A stretch of 64,000 nucleotides of DNA, from the NCBI GenBank assembly GCA_963667565.1, contig OY763415.1, positions 1,056,001-1,120,000 of the forward strand, given 5' to 3'. Source of the stretch: Acholeplasmataceae bacterium. Its GTDB lineage: Bacteria; Bacillota_I; Bacilli_A; Acholeplasmatales; Acholeplasmataceae. The first letter of the stretch is position 1, and each line of letters opens with the position of its first letter. Below the pieces are notes generated by a model, which saw only the letters and a list, made by a program, of their open reading frames with translations, had not been told where the DNA came from and made no database searches. This document shows, piece by piece, positions 21,034 to 30,895 of this stretch. The position numbers were made by a program, and so were the translations under genes.

Positions 21034-21741
21034 TTACTTTCTTAAATCTTCTAATATTTGTGTTTTCTCAATTGTTTTTTCATCTTTTTGTTTAATAATG
21101 CGTGCAGGTGAACCTGCAACCACTGTAAATGGAGGTACATCTTCTGTGACAATTGCACCAGCCGCAACCACTGCACCTTGTCCAACTCTTACACCTTCTA
21201 ATACAACTGCATTAGCACCTACTAATACGTCATCTTCTATAATCACTGGTTGTTTTGAAGGTGGTTCTAACACACCTGCTAAGACAGCACCTGCACCAAT
21301 ATGACAATTCTTACCAACAGTTGCTCTTGCACCTAATACCGCATTCATGTCAATCATCGTTTTTTCACCGATGACTGCACCGATATTAATGACAGCACCC
21401 ATCATTATGACAGCTTGTTTACCGATAGTAACATGTGTTCTTATGATAGAACCTGGTTCTATTCTTGCTTCTAATTCTTTTGTCTCTAATAACGGTAGTG
21501 CTGAATTTCTTCGATCATATTCTAAATGTGATGATGTAATCACATCACTATATGTTTTTAAAATTTGTTCTAAAATTGATACTTCACCAAATAAAATTTT
21601 AAAATTATGATCACCAAAAACACTCACATCTTTAAAAACAACTTGTTCAAAATTTCCTTGTAAATATAATTTACCAGGTGTTTTTTTGACAGCGTCTTTG
21701 ATATATTTCGCAATTGCATATGCATCTTGTAATTGTTCCAT
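21034..21741 (-). CDS. dapH: Tetrahydrodipicolinate N-acetyltransferase
   Basis: [15 protein letters not shown], hexapeptide repeats, GVLEPPS. Confidence 0.92.
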   Translation of the reverse strand: MEQLQDAYAIAKYIKDAVKKTPGKLYLQGNFEQVVFKDVSVFGDHNFKILFGEVSILEQILKTYSDVITSSHLEYDRRNSALPLLETKELEARIEPGSIIRTHVTIGKQAVIMMGAVINIGAVIGEKTMIDMNAVLGARATVGKNCHIGAGAVLAGVLEPPSKQPVIIEDDVLVGANAVVLEGVRVGQGAVVAAGAIVTEDVPPFTVVAGSPARIIKQKDEKTIEKTQILEDLRK

Positions 21742-21750
21742 TTATTTCTC

Positions 21751-22449
21751 CTATACTAAATCTTTCATATGAAATAATCCAGATTTTTTATCTTTTATAT
21801 ATTTAGCTGCACGCAGTGCACCTTGTGTAAATATTTGTTTTGATAATGCCTCATGTTTAATCGTTATCATTTCATCTTTAGATGCCAATAATACTTCATG
21901 TTCACCAACAATTGTACCTGCTCTTAAAGCATGCATACCAATTTCATTTGTTTTTCTTTTTTCTTGATAATTAAAATTGGAAATAGCATCTTTACGATGC
22001 CCTTTAATCTCATCAAATATGAGTAAAGCCGTTCCACTTGGTGCATCTTCTTTGAAATGATGATGCTTTTCAGTAATTTCAATATCATAATCATCAATCA
22101 TTGGTAATACACTGTTTAATGCTTTTAGCAATACTTGAATACCATATGAATAATTGTAACTTTGAAATATTGCAACTTCCCTAGATTTTAAATTGATATA
22201 GTCAAAATCTTCTTCTTTAAGTCCGGTTGTTGCTAATACAACAGGTTTTTTATTATTAACAGATAAATCAATCACTTTTTTGATTTGTGATACATGTGAA
22301 AAATCAATAAGTACATCATAATCTATTTGATTGTCATAAGCATCAATAAGATCAAATCCTCCAGCATATTCAAACGATTGAGATTGTTCTATATCATTTT
22401 TTAAAAGCTGTCCCATTTTGCCTGAGATGCCACTAATTAATATTTTCAT
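21751..22449 (-). CDS. dapB: 4-hydroxy-tetrahydrodipicolinate reductase
   Basis: GISGKMG, EKHHHFKEDAPSGTA. Confidence 0.93.
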   Translation of the reverse strand: MKILISGISGKMGQLLKNDIEQSQSFEYAGGFDLIDAYDNQIDYDVLIDFSHVSQIKKVIDLSVNNKKPVVLATTGLKEEDFDYINLKSREVAIFQSYNYSYGIQVLLKALNSVLPMIDDYDIEITEKHHHFKEDAPSGTALLIFDEIKGHRKDAISNFNYQEKRKTNEIGMHALRAGTIVGEHEVLLASKDEMITIKHEALSKQIFTQGALRAAKYIKDKKSGLFHMKDLV

Positions 22450-23308
22450 ATTGTGACTCCTTTAATCCAAACTTTTGAAGTGTTTCTATAAGTGTATTTT
22501 CATTTTCCTTTGTAAGTTCTACAAGTGGAAGTCTGACACCACCAACATGAAAGCCTAGAAAACTTAGCGCTTGTTTTACAGGAACAGGATTGCTCTCAAT
22601 AAACAAAACATCATTAATTTCACTTAACTCTTTTCCTTGATAAATTTGATGTGCGATTTCATGGATTTCTTTTGGCAAAATATTCGCTGTAACTGAAATA
22701 ACACCTTTACCACCCATGTTCATAATCTCTTCTGTTTGATCATCATTTCCTGAATATACAGCAAATGAATCATCTGTTTCATCAATGATCTTTTTAATTT
22801 GAACAAGATCATGACTTGCTTCTTTAATGGCAACGATATTTGAAACCTTAGAGAGTTCTACAACTGTGGATACTTCTAAATTAACACCTGTTCTACTAGG
22901 TACGTTATATAAAATGATAGGAAGATCAACAGCATGAGCAATTGCCTTATAATGTGCAATCAATCCTCTTTGTGTCGGTTTATTATAATAAGGTGTAACT
23001 AGTAATAGTCCATCTACATCAATAGATTTAGCATACGCTGATAGTTCTATGCTTTGTTTAGTGTTATTGCTCCCAGTACCTGCTATGATTGGTATTTGAT
23101 GATTTGCTACTTTCATTGAAAAAGCCAGAATTTGCTTTTTCTCTTCTAGTGTCAAAGTTGCAGATTCTGCAGTTGTTCCACAAATGACAAGTGCATCAGT
23201 ACCCATAGCAATATGCCAAAGAATCAATTTTTCAAGCATTTCATAATTGACTTCTAACATTTCGTCAAATGGTGTAATTAGTGCGACACCTGAGCCTTTA
23301 AATAACAT
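22433..23308 (-). CDS. dapA: 4-hydroxy-tetrahydrodipicolinate synthase
   Basis: GTTAE, TPYYNKP, YNVPSRTG, IKEAS. Confidence 0.95.
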   Translation of the reverse strand: MLFKGSGVALITPFDEMLEVNYEMLEKLILWHIAMGTDALVICGTTAESATLTLEEKKQILAFSMKVANHQIPIIAGTGSNNTKQSIELSAYAKSIDVDGLLLVTPYYNKPTQRGLIAHYKAIAHAVDLPIILYNVPSRTGVNLEVSTVVELSKVSNIVAIKEASHDLVQIKKIIDETDDSFAVYSGNDDQTEEIMNMGGKGVISVTANILPKEIHEIAHQIYQGKELSEINDVLFIESNPVPVKQALSFLGFHVGGVRLPLVELTKENENTLIETLQKFGLKESQYENIN

Positions 23309-24291
23309 TATCTCAACCCTTTCTTAATCATATATTCAGCAATTTGAATTGTATTTGTTGCTGCACCTTTTCTAATATTATCTGCAACAACCCAAAGATT
23401 CAATCCATATTTCACTGATTTATCTAGTCTAACTCTACCGACATGTACTTCATCCTTGTGTCTTACATCAATTGTTGTTGGATAATCATTATGGTGATAA
23501 ATTAATCCTTCAACTTGATTAAATCCTTCAATAAGTTTTTCCATATCAATAGGTTTATTTGTCTCTACATTGATTGCTACACTATGCCCAAATGACACAG
23601 GAACTCTTACGCATGTAGCTGTGACTAAAACATCTTTTTCAAGAATTTTTTGAGTCTCTTTAACCATCTTAACTTCTTCTTTTGTATACCCATCTTCTAA
23701 AAATACATCTATGTGTGGTAAACAGTTATCAAATATGGGTTTTGGATAAAATGTTGGCTCTTCACCATTGATACCTCTATTTAAATCTTCCATACCTTTA
23801 TATCCAGATCCTGATACCGCTTGATAAGAAGCATATACAATACGTTTAACATCAAAAAGTTCATCAATAACCTTTAAAGGCACTACACTTTGGATAGTAC
23901 TACAATTAGGGTTTGCAATTAAATAATCATTTTCTTTTAAAATATGACCATTAACTTCAGGAACAATAAGTGGTATGTCATCATACATTCTAAATGCACT
24001 AGAATTATCAATGACTGTGATCTTGTTTTTGGCAGCTATAGGTGCAAATTTTAAACTTGCTGCACCTCCCGCTGAGAACAATGCAAAATCAAAATGTTCA
24101 TCAAAGCTATGTTCATCTAAGACTTTGACTATATAGGTTTGTCCTTTAAATTCAATTTTTTTATCTTTTGATCTCTCTGATGCAAAAAATACAATTTTAT
24201 TAATCGGGAAATTTCTTTCTTCTAAAACTTTAATAAATGTTTGTCCAACCAAACCGGTTGCACCTACAATTGCGATATCGTATGTTTTCAT
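23308..24291 (-). CDS. asd: Aspartate-semialdehyde dehydrogenase
   Basis: GATGLVG, NPNCST, QAVSGSG, DNIRKGAA; start ATG 24291. Confidence 0.95.
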   Translation of the reverse strand: MKTYDIAIVGATGLVGQTFIKVLEERNFPINKIVFFASERSKDKKIEFKGQTYIVKVLDEHSFDEHFDFALFSAGGAASLKFAPIAAKNKITVIDNSSAFRMYDDIPLIVPEVNGHILKENDYLIANPNCSTIQSVVPLKVIDELFDVKRIVYASYQAVSGSGYKGMEDLNRGINGEEPTFYPKPIFDNCLPHIDVFLEDGYTKEEVKMVKETQKILEKDVLVTATCVRVPVSFGHSVAINVETNKPIDMEKLIEGFNQVEGLIYHHNDYPTTIDVRHKDEVHVGRVRLDKSVKYGLNLWVVADNIRKGAATNTIQIAEYMIKKGLR

Positions 24292-24292
24292 C

Positions 24293-25096
24293 TTATAACT
24301 CCATTTCAATACTTGCAACGAGTTTTGCAGGACCTTTTAATAAAACTTCTTCATTTTCTACAGTGACAAAAAGTTCTCCACCTGGCACTTTAATGTTTGA
24401 TGCTTTGTCAGTTAAATTAAGTTTGTATGATAAATATTGTGACGCAGAACTTCCTGTCCCACAGGAAAGTGTCCATCCAACACCACGTTCATATGTTTTT
24501 ATTGCTAAGTGATTTCTATCAATAACTTTTACAAAATTGATATTTGATCTTTTTGGAAAAAATGGATGATGACAAAGTGCTTCAGCAATTTTATCATATT
24601 GACTTAAATCATCAACAAAAATTACTGTATGTAAAGTTCCTAATGTGAATACATAAGCGTTTGATACTTTCACATCGTTAACTTGAAGTGTATAAGGTGT
24701 TAAATTTTCTTGCTTTTCATTAATATCAGGATAACTTAAATGTGTCACTGGTTTGCCTAGATTTACTTCAAAAAATTCATCTTTAATATTGACAATCATG
24801 AGACCAGCTAAAGTTTCAACTTTAACCTCATCATGATCAATTAATTTTTGATCTTTTAGAAATTTAACAAAAGCTCTAATCCCATTACCGCACATCGGAG
24901 CAATTGTTCCATCTGCATTATAATAATTCATCTTTACATCATAGGCTGTTGAAGACGAAGGAAACATCAATCCATCAGCACCAATGCCAAAATGTCTATC
25001 ACATGTCTTAATGGCAATTTCATTCGGATTTTTAAACTCAGTTGTACTTAGTATAAAATCATTTCCAGTTGCTTCATATTTATATAATTTAGGCAT
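24293..25096 (-). CDS. dapF: Diaminopimelate epimerase
   Basis: GNDF, MCGNG, ERGVGWTLSCGTG; start ATG 25096. Confidence 0.94.
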   Translation of the reverse strand: MPKLYKYEATGNDFILSTTEFKNPNEIAIKTCDRHFGIGADGLMFPSSSTAYDVKMNYYNADGTIAPMCGNGIRAFVKFLKDQKLIDHDEVKVETLAGLMIVNIKDEFFEVNLGKPVTHLSYPDINEKQENLTPYTLQVNDVKVSNAYVFTLGTLHTVIFVDDLSQYDKIAEALCHHPFFPKRSNINFVKVIDRNHLAIKTYERGVGWTLSCGTGSSASQYLSYKLNLTDKASNIKVPGGELFVTVENEEVLLKGPAKLVASIEMEL

Positions 25097-26306
25097 GAGA
25101 CTCACCCAAATCAAATGCGTTTGCAATGGCTAAAATGGCTTTGTCTTTTAATTCCTTTGAGATTGTATATGAAATACTAATTTCTGATGTTGTGACAAGC
25201 TTAAACTCAATTTGATTTTCAGATAAAACCTGAAACAATCTTGCAGCAACCCCTGATTGATGTCTCATGGCTTGTCCAACTACTGATACTTTTACCACTT
25301 GATCATCTAATTCAATGTCGATGGATGGATATGTTTTAGTGAGTTGATCTAAAACTTCGTTAATTTGAGCAAAATCATTTGCACCGGCAGTAAAAGACAC
25401 ATTGATAAATGGAGGTGTCGATGGAGATTGTGTAATCATATCGACATTGACTTCATTTTGTGCTAGACCCATAAATAGATCAGCCACTATATTTAATTCA
25501 TTAGGAACATGACGAAGAGTAACCATCATCACTTTATCAGAGACTGATAATCCTGTAATTGTTTGTCTTTCCAACATTGTTTCCTCCATAATATATGTCC
25601 CTCTTTCTTTCGTTAAAGATGAGGCAACATAAATCTTGACTTGATTTCTATGAGCAATTTCAATAGATCTAGGTTCCATAACTTTTGCTCCTAAAAATGC
25701 CATTTCTTTCATTTCTTCGTAACTGATACTTTCTAACTTTTTAGCATCAGCAAATACTCTTGGATCTGCAGTGTATATACCATCAACATCTGTATAAATT
25801 TCACAATCACATTTTAATTTTGCTGCTATAGCGACTGCTGATGTGTCAGAACCACCACGACCAAGTGTTGTAATATCTCCAAGTTCATTTACACCTTGGA
25901 ATCCTGCTACCACAACAATTTCTTTTTGTTTTAAATGTTTCTCGATGAGCGTCGTATCTATATCATCAATTTTATTATTTAAATGTTCACCAAATGTTTT
26001 AATACCAGCTTGCAATCCTGTTAAAGCAACTGCTTCAATTTCTCTAGCTTTCAGTATCATTGTAAATAATGAAATGGATACTTGTTCACCAGTAGAAATA
26101 AGCATATCTGTTTCTCTTTTTGAAGGATATTTAGTGACTTGCTTCGCTAGATCTAGTAATTGATTGGTCGTCTTTCCCATTGCAGATAGCACTACAACAA
26201 CTTCATACCCTTGTCGTTTTTTCTCTACTACTCGATCTGCAACATTTTGCATATGTAAGATGGATTGAACTGAACTTCCACCAAACTTCATAACGATATT
26301 TTTCAT
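25089..26306 (-). CDS. lysC: Aspartate kinase
   Basis: KFGGSS, TLGRGGSDTSA, two ACT domains. Confidence 0.94.
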   Translation of the reverse strand: MKNIVMKFGGSSVQSILHMQNVADRVVEKKRQGYEVVVVLSAMGKTTNQLLDLAKQVTKYPSKRETDMLISTGEQVSISLFTMILKAREIEAVALTGLQAGIKTFGEHLNNKIDDIDTTLIEKHLKQKEIVVVAGFQGVNELGDITTLGRGGSDTSAVAIAAKLKCDCEIYTDVDGIYTADPRVFADAKKLESISYEEMKEMAFLGAKVMEPRSIEIAHRNQVKIYVASSLTKERGTYIMEETMLERQTITGLSVSDKVMMVTLRHVPNELNIVADLFMGLAQNEVNVDMITQSPSTPPFINVSFTAGANDFAQINEVLDQLTKTYPSIDIELDDQVVKVSVVGQAMRHQSGVAARLFQVLSENQIEFKLVTTSEISISYTISKELKDKAILAIANAFDLGESHA

Positions 26307-26315
26307 GTATTTTAC

Positions 26316-27602
26316 CTATAAATCATTTCTTAATAAGTCATCAAGTGTTTCTCTTTTGACAACAATTCGACTTTCACTTCCATTAACGAAAACAACTGCA
26401 GGTTTTGTTAATCTATTGTAGTTAGATGCCATAGAATAATGGTATGCACCAGTTGTAAAGACAACAAGTAAATCTTTAGGTTCTACCAAAGGTAATTTGA
26501 TATCATGAATAATCATATCCCCTGATTCACAAGCTTTACCTGCAATTGTATATACTTTTTTATCCTCATCAAAAACTTTATTTGCAATGACTGCTTCATA
26601 TTTTGCTTGATATAACGCAGTTCTCATATGATCTGCCATTGAACCATCAATAAATACATAATTTTTTTGACCAAATGTTGTTTTAACTCCACCAACTTCG
26701 TAGATGGTGACACCAGCATCTGCAACTATAGATCTACCAGGTTCTATCATCATTTTTTTAACATCTAAATTAAATTGTTTAATATATTGATAAGCTGTTT
26801 CTATAACTTCATGAAGCATGAGTTCTAATGATGGTACTTGATCATCACTTGTGTATTTAACACCAAATCCGCCACCTAGATTAATTGCTTCTACCTTAAT
26901 ATTTGCCTCGTCTTTAAGTTTTTTAGCAAACATAATCATTTCTATCGTGTGTTGCTTAAAACTTTCAATTTCAAAAATTTGCGAACCGATATGTGCATGA
27001 ATGCCCATAAAAGGAAATGATGAACTATTCATATCTTTAATGAGTTCAATCGTATTTGGATCAAAAGCAGAGACTCCAAATTTTGAATTGTGATGCGTTG
27101 TTTTAATATATTCATGTGTATGTGCTTCAACACCTGTATTAATTCTTAATAATAATTGTGGGTAATCATTTGTTTCAATTGATTTTAGAAGTTCAAATTC
27201 ATCTTGATTATCAACAACAATATGACCTACTTGATGTTTAATTGCATATATCAATTCATCTTTGGTCTTGTTATTTCCATGAAAATAAATGTTTTTTGGG
27301 TTAAAACCTGCTTTAATAGCTGTGTAAAATTCACCAATAGAAACGACATCAAGTGATAAGGAATGTCTTTCAATGAGCTTAACCATTTCTTTAACTAAAA
27401 ATGCTTTTCCTGCATAAATAACTTCAGTCTCAATCGATGGATGAGAAAAACTTTGCTTAATGAGTTCAATTTGATGCTCAATTCTTTGTTCATCCATAGC
27501 GTAAAGTGGTGTTTTATACTTTTTCACAAGATCAGATACTGTAACAGATCCAATCATTAATTCATTATATTCATTTGTGTTAAATTGATGTATTGCTTTC
27601 AT
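26316..27602 (-). CDS. lysA: Diaminopimelate decarboxylase
   Basis: YAGKAF, HIGSQIF, EPGRS, CESGD, GAYHYSMASNYN. Confidence 0.95.
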   Translation of the reverse strand: MKAIHQFNTNEYNELMIGSVTVSDLVKKYKTPLYAMDEQRIEHQIELIKQSFSHPSIETEVIYAGKAFLVKEMVKLIERHSLSLDVVSIGEFYTAIKAGFNPKNIYFHGNNKTKDELIYAIKHQVGHIVVDNQDEFELLKSIETNDYPQLLLRINTGVEAHTHEYIKTTHHNSKFGVSAFDPNTIELIKDMNSSSFPFMGIHAHIGSQIFEIESFKQHTIEMIMFAKKLKDEANIKVEAINLGGGFGVKYTSDDQVPSLELMLHEVIETAYQYIKQFNLDVKKMMIEPGRSIVADAGVTIYEVGGVKTTFGQKNYVFIDGSMADHMRTALYQAKYEAVIANKVFDEDKKVYTIAGKACESGDMIIHDIKLPLVEPKDLLVVFTTGAYHYSMASNYNRLTKPAVVFVNGSESRIVVKRETLDDLLRNDL

Positions 27603-27621
27603 ATTATTTCATCTCCATTTG

Positions 27622-27656
27622 AAAAAAATAAAAACCATGGCAAAAGGCATGGTTTT
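27622..27656 (-). terminator. Riboswitch expression-platform terminator
   Basis: AAAACCATG-ccttttgc-CATGGTTTT then U-rich tail; upstream GGCAAAG can pair with CTTTTGCC as antiterminator. Confidence 0.75.
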
Positions 27657-27678
27657 AACTCAAACGCTCTTTGCCCCT

Positions 27679-27824
27679 CCGTAAATAAGCGCAATCCCTC
27701 ACCATTGGGCAATGATGGGAAACAGTCATATGTCTATTAAACATATGCCCAGTATTTTTAATACTTCGGCACACATTCCTTTCCTGTTAAGTACTATTAA
27801 TGTATGCAGCCTCTTAATTTACAG
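27679..27824 (-). promoter_or_regulatory. Lysine riboswitch (L-box), short variant
   Basis: Ordered core motifs AGAGG.GC, AGTA, AAAGG, GCCGAA, TGGG, ACTGT, GCGCT; P1 TGTAAAT..AAG/CTTATTTACG; upstream of lysA. Confidence 0.85.
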
Positions 27825-27853
27825 TGATTTAATTTCAAGTTATTTTAACATAG

Positions 27854-28504
27854 TTAAGTATGATTGTCTACACTAATATGTTTTAAAATATAATTTTCTA
27901 AACTTTTAGGTGTTTCACATAAGACATTGGGATTTTCACTTTTTAGCATGTCTAACTCATCAAATCCCCAAGTGACACTCGCAACATTCATATTGATACG
28001 CTGACAAGAATGTATATCCCTTACTTCATCACCTACATAAATGACTTCATCATTTTTAAGTTGATACTTATCTAATAATTTTTTAAGAACTTTCTCTTTT
28101 TTAAGATATTTAGCTCTTCCATAAATCTCTTCAAATAAATCAATCTCATATTGCTTTATAAATATCTTAATATTTTTCTCGCTATTTGATGAGACAATAA
28201 ATAGTTTGATAGCTTTTTGATGTAATTCTTTTATCAGTGAAATCATACCATCAAACGGCTCAACCTGATTCATCACTGTATGGATTGCTCGTCTTGCTCT
28301 TCTAGCAATTCTAGGCAACTTGAACATTGATAAATCATGTGCTCTAAGTTTGTCAACTAAAGATAGGGTCTTTAAATGATCAAACTCTTCTTCACTTAAC
28401 TGTTTAATATGATATTGATTCGTTAGATTTTGATAAACTTGATAAGCGAATGCTTTAGTATTTGCTATAGTCCCATCAAAATCAAAGATGATTGCTTTTG
28501 TCAT
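27854..28504 (-). CDS. HAD-superfamily phosphatase
   Basis: FDFDGT, VSSN, YVGDE.RD. Confidence 0.88.
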   Translation of the reverse strand: MTKAIIFDFDGTIANTKAFAYQVYQNLTNQYHIKQLSEEEFDHLKTLSLVDKLRAHDLSMFKLPRIARRARRAIHTVMNQVEPFDGMISLIKELHQKAIKLFIVSSNSEKNIKIFIKQYEIDLFEEIYGRAKYLKKEKVLKKLLDKYQLKNDEVIYVGDEVRDIHSCQRINMNVASVTWGFDELDMLKSENPNVLCETPKSLENYILKHISVDNHT

Positions 28505-28514
28505 GATAATTCCT

Positions 28515-29699
28515 TTATTGTTTTATGATTGGGTAATCATTTGTCACAGCTTCCCAAATGTTAGTAAAGTCAAATCCTAATGTTGAGGATAAATAAGAAG
28601 CTGATTGTAGATTTGCTACAGTTGTTGATGATGCGGTATATTGATCGGTTGGATTACCTGAAACACCACTAAATGTTTGAGTGCTTGCATAACGTAAAGT
28701 GTTATAAGACCCACCACTATTATAACCATATAGATGACCATAATATGTATAATTTGCATATCCATTGACATAAATATTACCTGTTGCAAAACTATGATTG
28801 ATGTTTCCCGCACTATATCCTACAAGTCCACCAGTTAATGTGTAAACTGTTTCTGTACCACTTCCTGATGTGGAAATATTTGTTGTGACATCACCTGATG
28901 CATAACTATAACTAATGATTCCTTGATTTTGCCCTACAAGCCCACCAGCATAAACATATGAAGTTGTTCGATCTCTATAATTCGAAGTTATACCTGAAAC
29001 ATTAAAAATTAAATCTGCCTGTGAATACGAATTGGTTATGACCCCTGTAGGACGATTAATTCCAACTAATCCTCCAGCTAGTGCAGTTGCTGTACTTGTA
29101 CCTCTATATGATGTCGAAATGTCAGTATTAACAATAATCGTTGAACCTCTTACTTCAGCATTACTAATGACCCCTTCGTTTTCACCAACTAATACACCTG
29201 ATACAGAAACTTCTGTTGAATTGTTTACTGATGTTGAATCCGTTAAGGTGATTTCAACATTCTCAACAACTACATTGCTAATAGTACCTGAATTATGTAA
29301 GAAAATGCTCGTATAATCATAATCAGAAGTTGTTCCATCTGTGCCTTCTTCAATAATCTCAAATCCAGATATTGTGAATCCATTTCCCTCAAAGGTTCCT
29401 TGGAAATCAACAACCGGTTCAAATGTATTTTCTGGATTATCTGACAAGTCAATATCCCCAGGTAAAACAAAAACATCCTCAGGTTGAGTTTCAATATCAC
29501 CGCTAAGTAAATCAACGAGAATATTCTCATCTACCAAGGTACCACCCTCTGGAACATCTACCCATGTGCCTACGGATACACTATCATTTGCAATATTGGT
29601 ATCACCACTAATTTGGTTTGCCCAATAAGCAAATATCGTTGATGTATTAAAAATGATTAATAATATTTCTAAAATTAAAATAAGTTTTTTTCTTGACAT
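28515..29699 (-). CDS. Exported GLUG-repeat (beta-helix) protein
   Basis: Repeated GGLVG motifs, FEGNGFTISG; N-terminal hydrophobic segment then TIFAYW...VSVGTW; start ATG 29699. Confidence 0.7.
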   Translation of the reverse strand: MSRKKLILILEILLIIFNTSTIFAYWANQISGDTNIANDSVSVGTWVDVPEGGTLVDENILVDLLSGDIETQPEDVFVLPGDIDLSDNPENTFEPVVDFQGTFEGNGFTISGFEIIEEGTDGTTSDYDYTSIFLHNSGTISNVVVENVEITLTDSTSVNNSTEVSVSGVLVGENEGVISNAEVRGSTIIVNTDISTSYRGTSTATALAGGLVGINRPTGVITNSYSQADLIFNVSGITSNYRDRTTSYVYAGGLVGQNQGIISYSYASGDVTTNISTSGSGTETVYTLTGGLVGYSAGNINHSFATGNIYVNGYANYTYYGHLYGYNSGGSYNTLRYASTQTFSGVSGNPTDQYTASSTTVANLQSASYLSSTLGFDFTNIWEAVTNDYPIIKQ

Positions 29700-29844
29700 A
29701 ACTACCTCAAATACATAAATATGATAAATCATATTTGTATTCTATTCTTCTTTATATTTTATACAAATTTACTCAAAAAGTCAAAAATGATATATAAAAG
29801 CACCGGGGTTTAATAAATGATAGTGTTTTCAGTGTCAAAAGTAT

Positions 29845-29870
29845 AAAAAAATGACACTCCAAGGTGTCAT
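29845..29870 (-). terminator. Intrinsic terminator, possibly the ancestral tRNA-Cys terminator displaced by the island
   Basis: Minus strand ATGACAC-cttgga-GTGTCAT followed by T run, ~25 nt outside the left island junction. Confidence 0.55.
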
Positions 29871-29907
29871 ATCTCATCATGAATAAAGCATTAATGAAGT
29901 CTCTGCT

Positions 29908-29952
29908 AACCTTAACTGGTAAGAATTTGCCAAATCGAGAAATATCGAGTAA
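29908..29952 (+). repeat. 45-bp cassette-end repeat, copy 1
   Basis: AACCTTAACTGGTAAG...AAATCGAGAA..ATCGAGTAA; 39/45 identical to 35034-35078. Confidence 0.85.
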
Positions 29953-30298
29953 CGGTTGGCATCTGTGAGTAAATGGTGGTAAGTAATTTACCTACTACAA
30001 CTGGTAAGAAAATGACCTAAAGTGGAAAATTCGAGAAAAATGATATTCTAGATTACTCATAGATTAATGATACAGTTTAGTAACTTGTTAGTTCACTAAG
30101 CAAAAATATGAGATGACTATGTAATTACCTTACCATTTACTTGAGGCTCTCTACTGATGTAGGGAGTGATGATTTAAAGATGGATATTAAAAAGGTATTC
30201 AACATAACTGTCGAACACCTTTATTAATTGATTTAATTATTCGGTAGCCCTATCCTTGACTATAAACCTGTCTTGTATAACTACATTTTTTCGTGATA

Positions 30299-30874
30299 CT
30301 ATCCTTTATAAATGATTCTTCTTATTTTTTTTTCAAAATCAATTGATGAATTCAAAATTACTTTATTAAAGGTATTGTACTCACAAGTTAATGCATTTAC
30401 CTTAAGAATATCGAATTCAATTTTAGTTTTTCTTTGCATATTATTCCTGCTTTGACTAATATTAATATCATCAATTAAGAAAGGATAAAGTAATTTAATT
30501 TTTTTTGTATCATCCATTATCCAAATGTACAAACCAAAATGCCTTCCACCCATCCCTTTGTTCATATTGTGTTGAATATAAGTGGCAAACTTTATTTTGC
30601 AAATCTTTGCATTTTGAACCTTTATTGGTGCAAAATTTTTTATCTTAGAAAATCGATATGTCATAACATTTAGTATCACAAATGGATATAATATTATGAT
30701 TGGAGCAATCAATCCAATAAAAGTCAGCTTGAAATTGATATTTTCCGCAAATAATATTAAAACAGCTAATCCAAAAATAATTAAAGGATAAATATACATG
30801 AATACCCTATTGATGTTTAAATTGGTTTCTTTTATAACACGACTATAAAACTTATTTAGGTTGATATCATTCAT
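30299..30874 (-). CDS. Two-TM membrane protein; putative immunity protein of upstream Rhs
   Basis: Directly downstream of the Rhs gene with RBS GGAGGGG; two hydrophobic helices; very AT-rich. Confidence 0.5.
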   Translation of the reverse strand: MNDINLNKFYSRVIKETNLNINRVFMYIYPLIIFGLAVLILFAENINFKLTFIGLIAPIIILYPFVILNVMTYRFSKIKNFAPIKVQNAKICKIKFATYIQHNMNKGMGGRHFGLYIWIMDDTKKIKLLYPFLIDDINISQSRNNMQRKTKIEFDILKVNALTCEYNTFNKVILNSSIDFEKKIRRIIYKG

Positions 30875-30895
30875 ATTTTCCCCTCCTAAACATTA

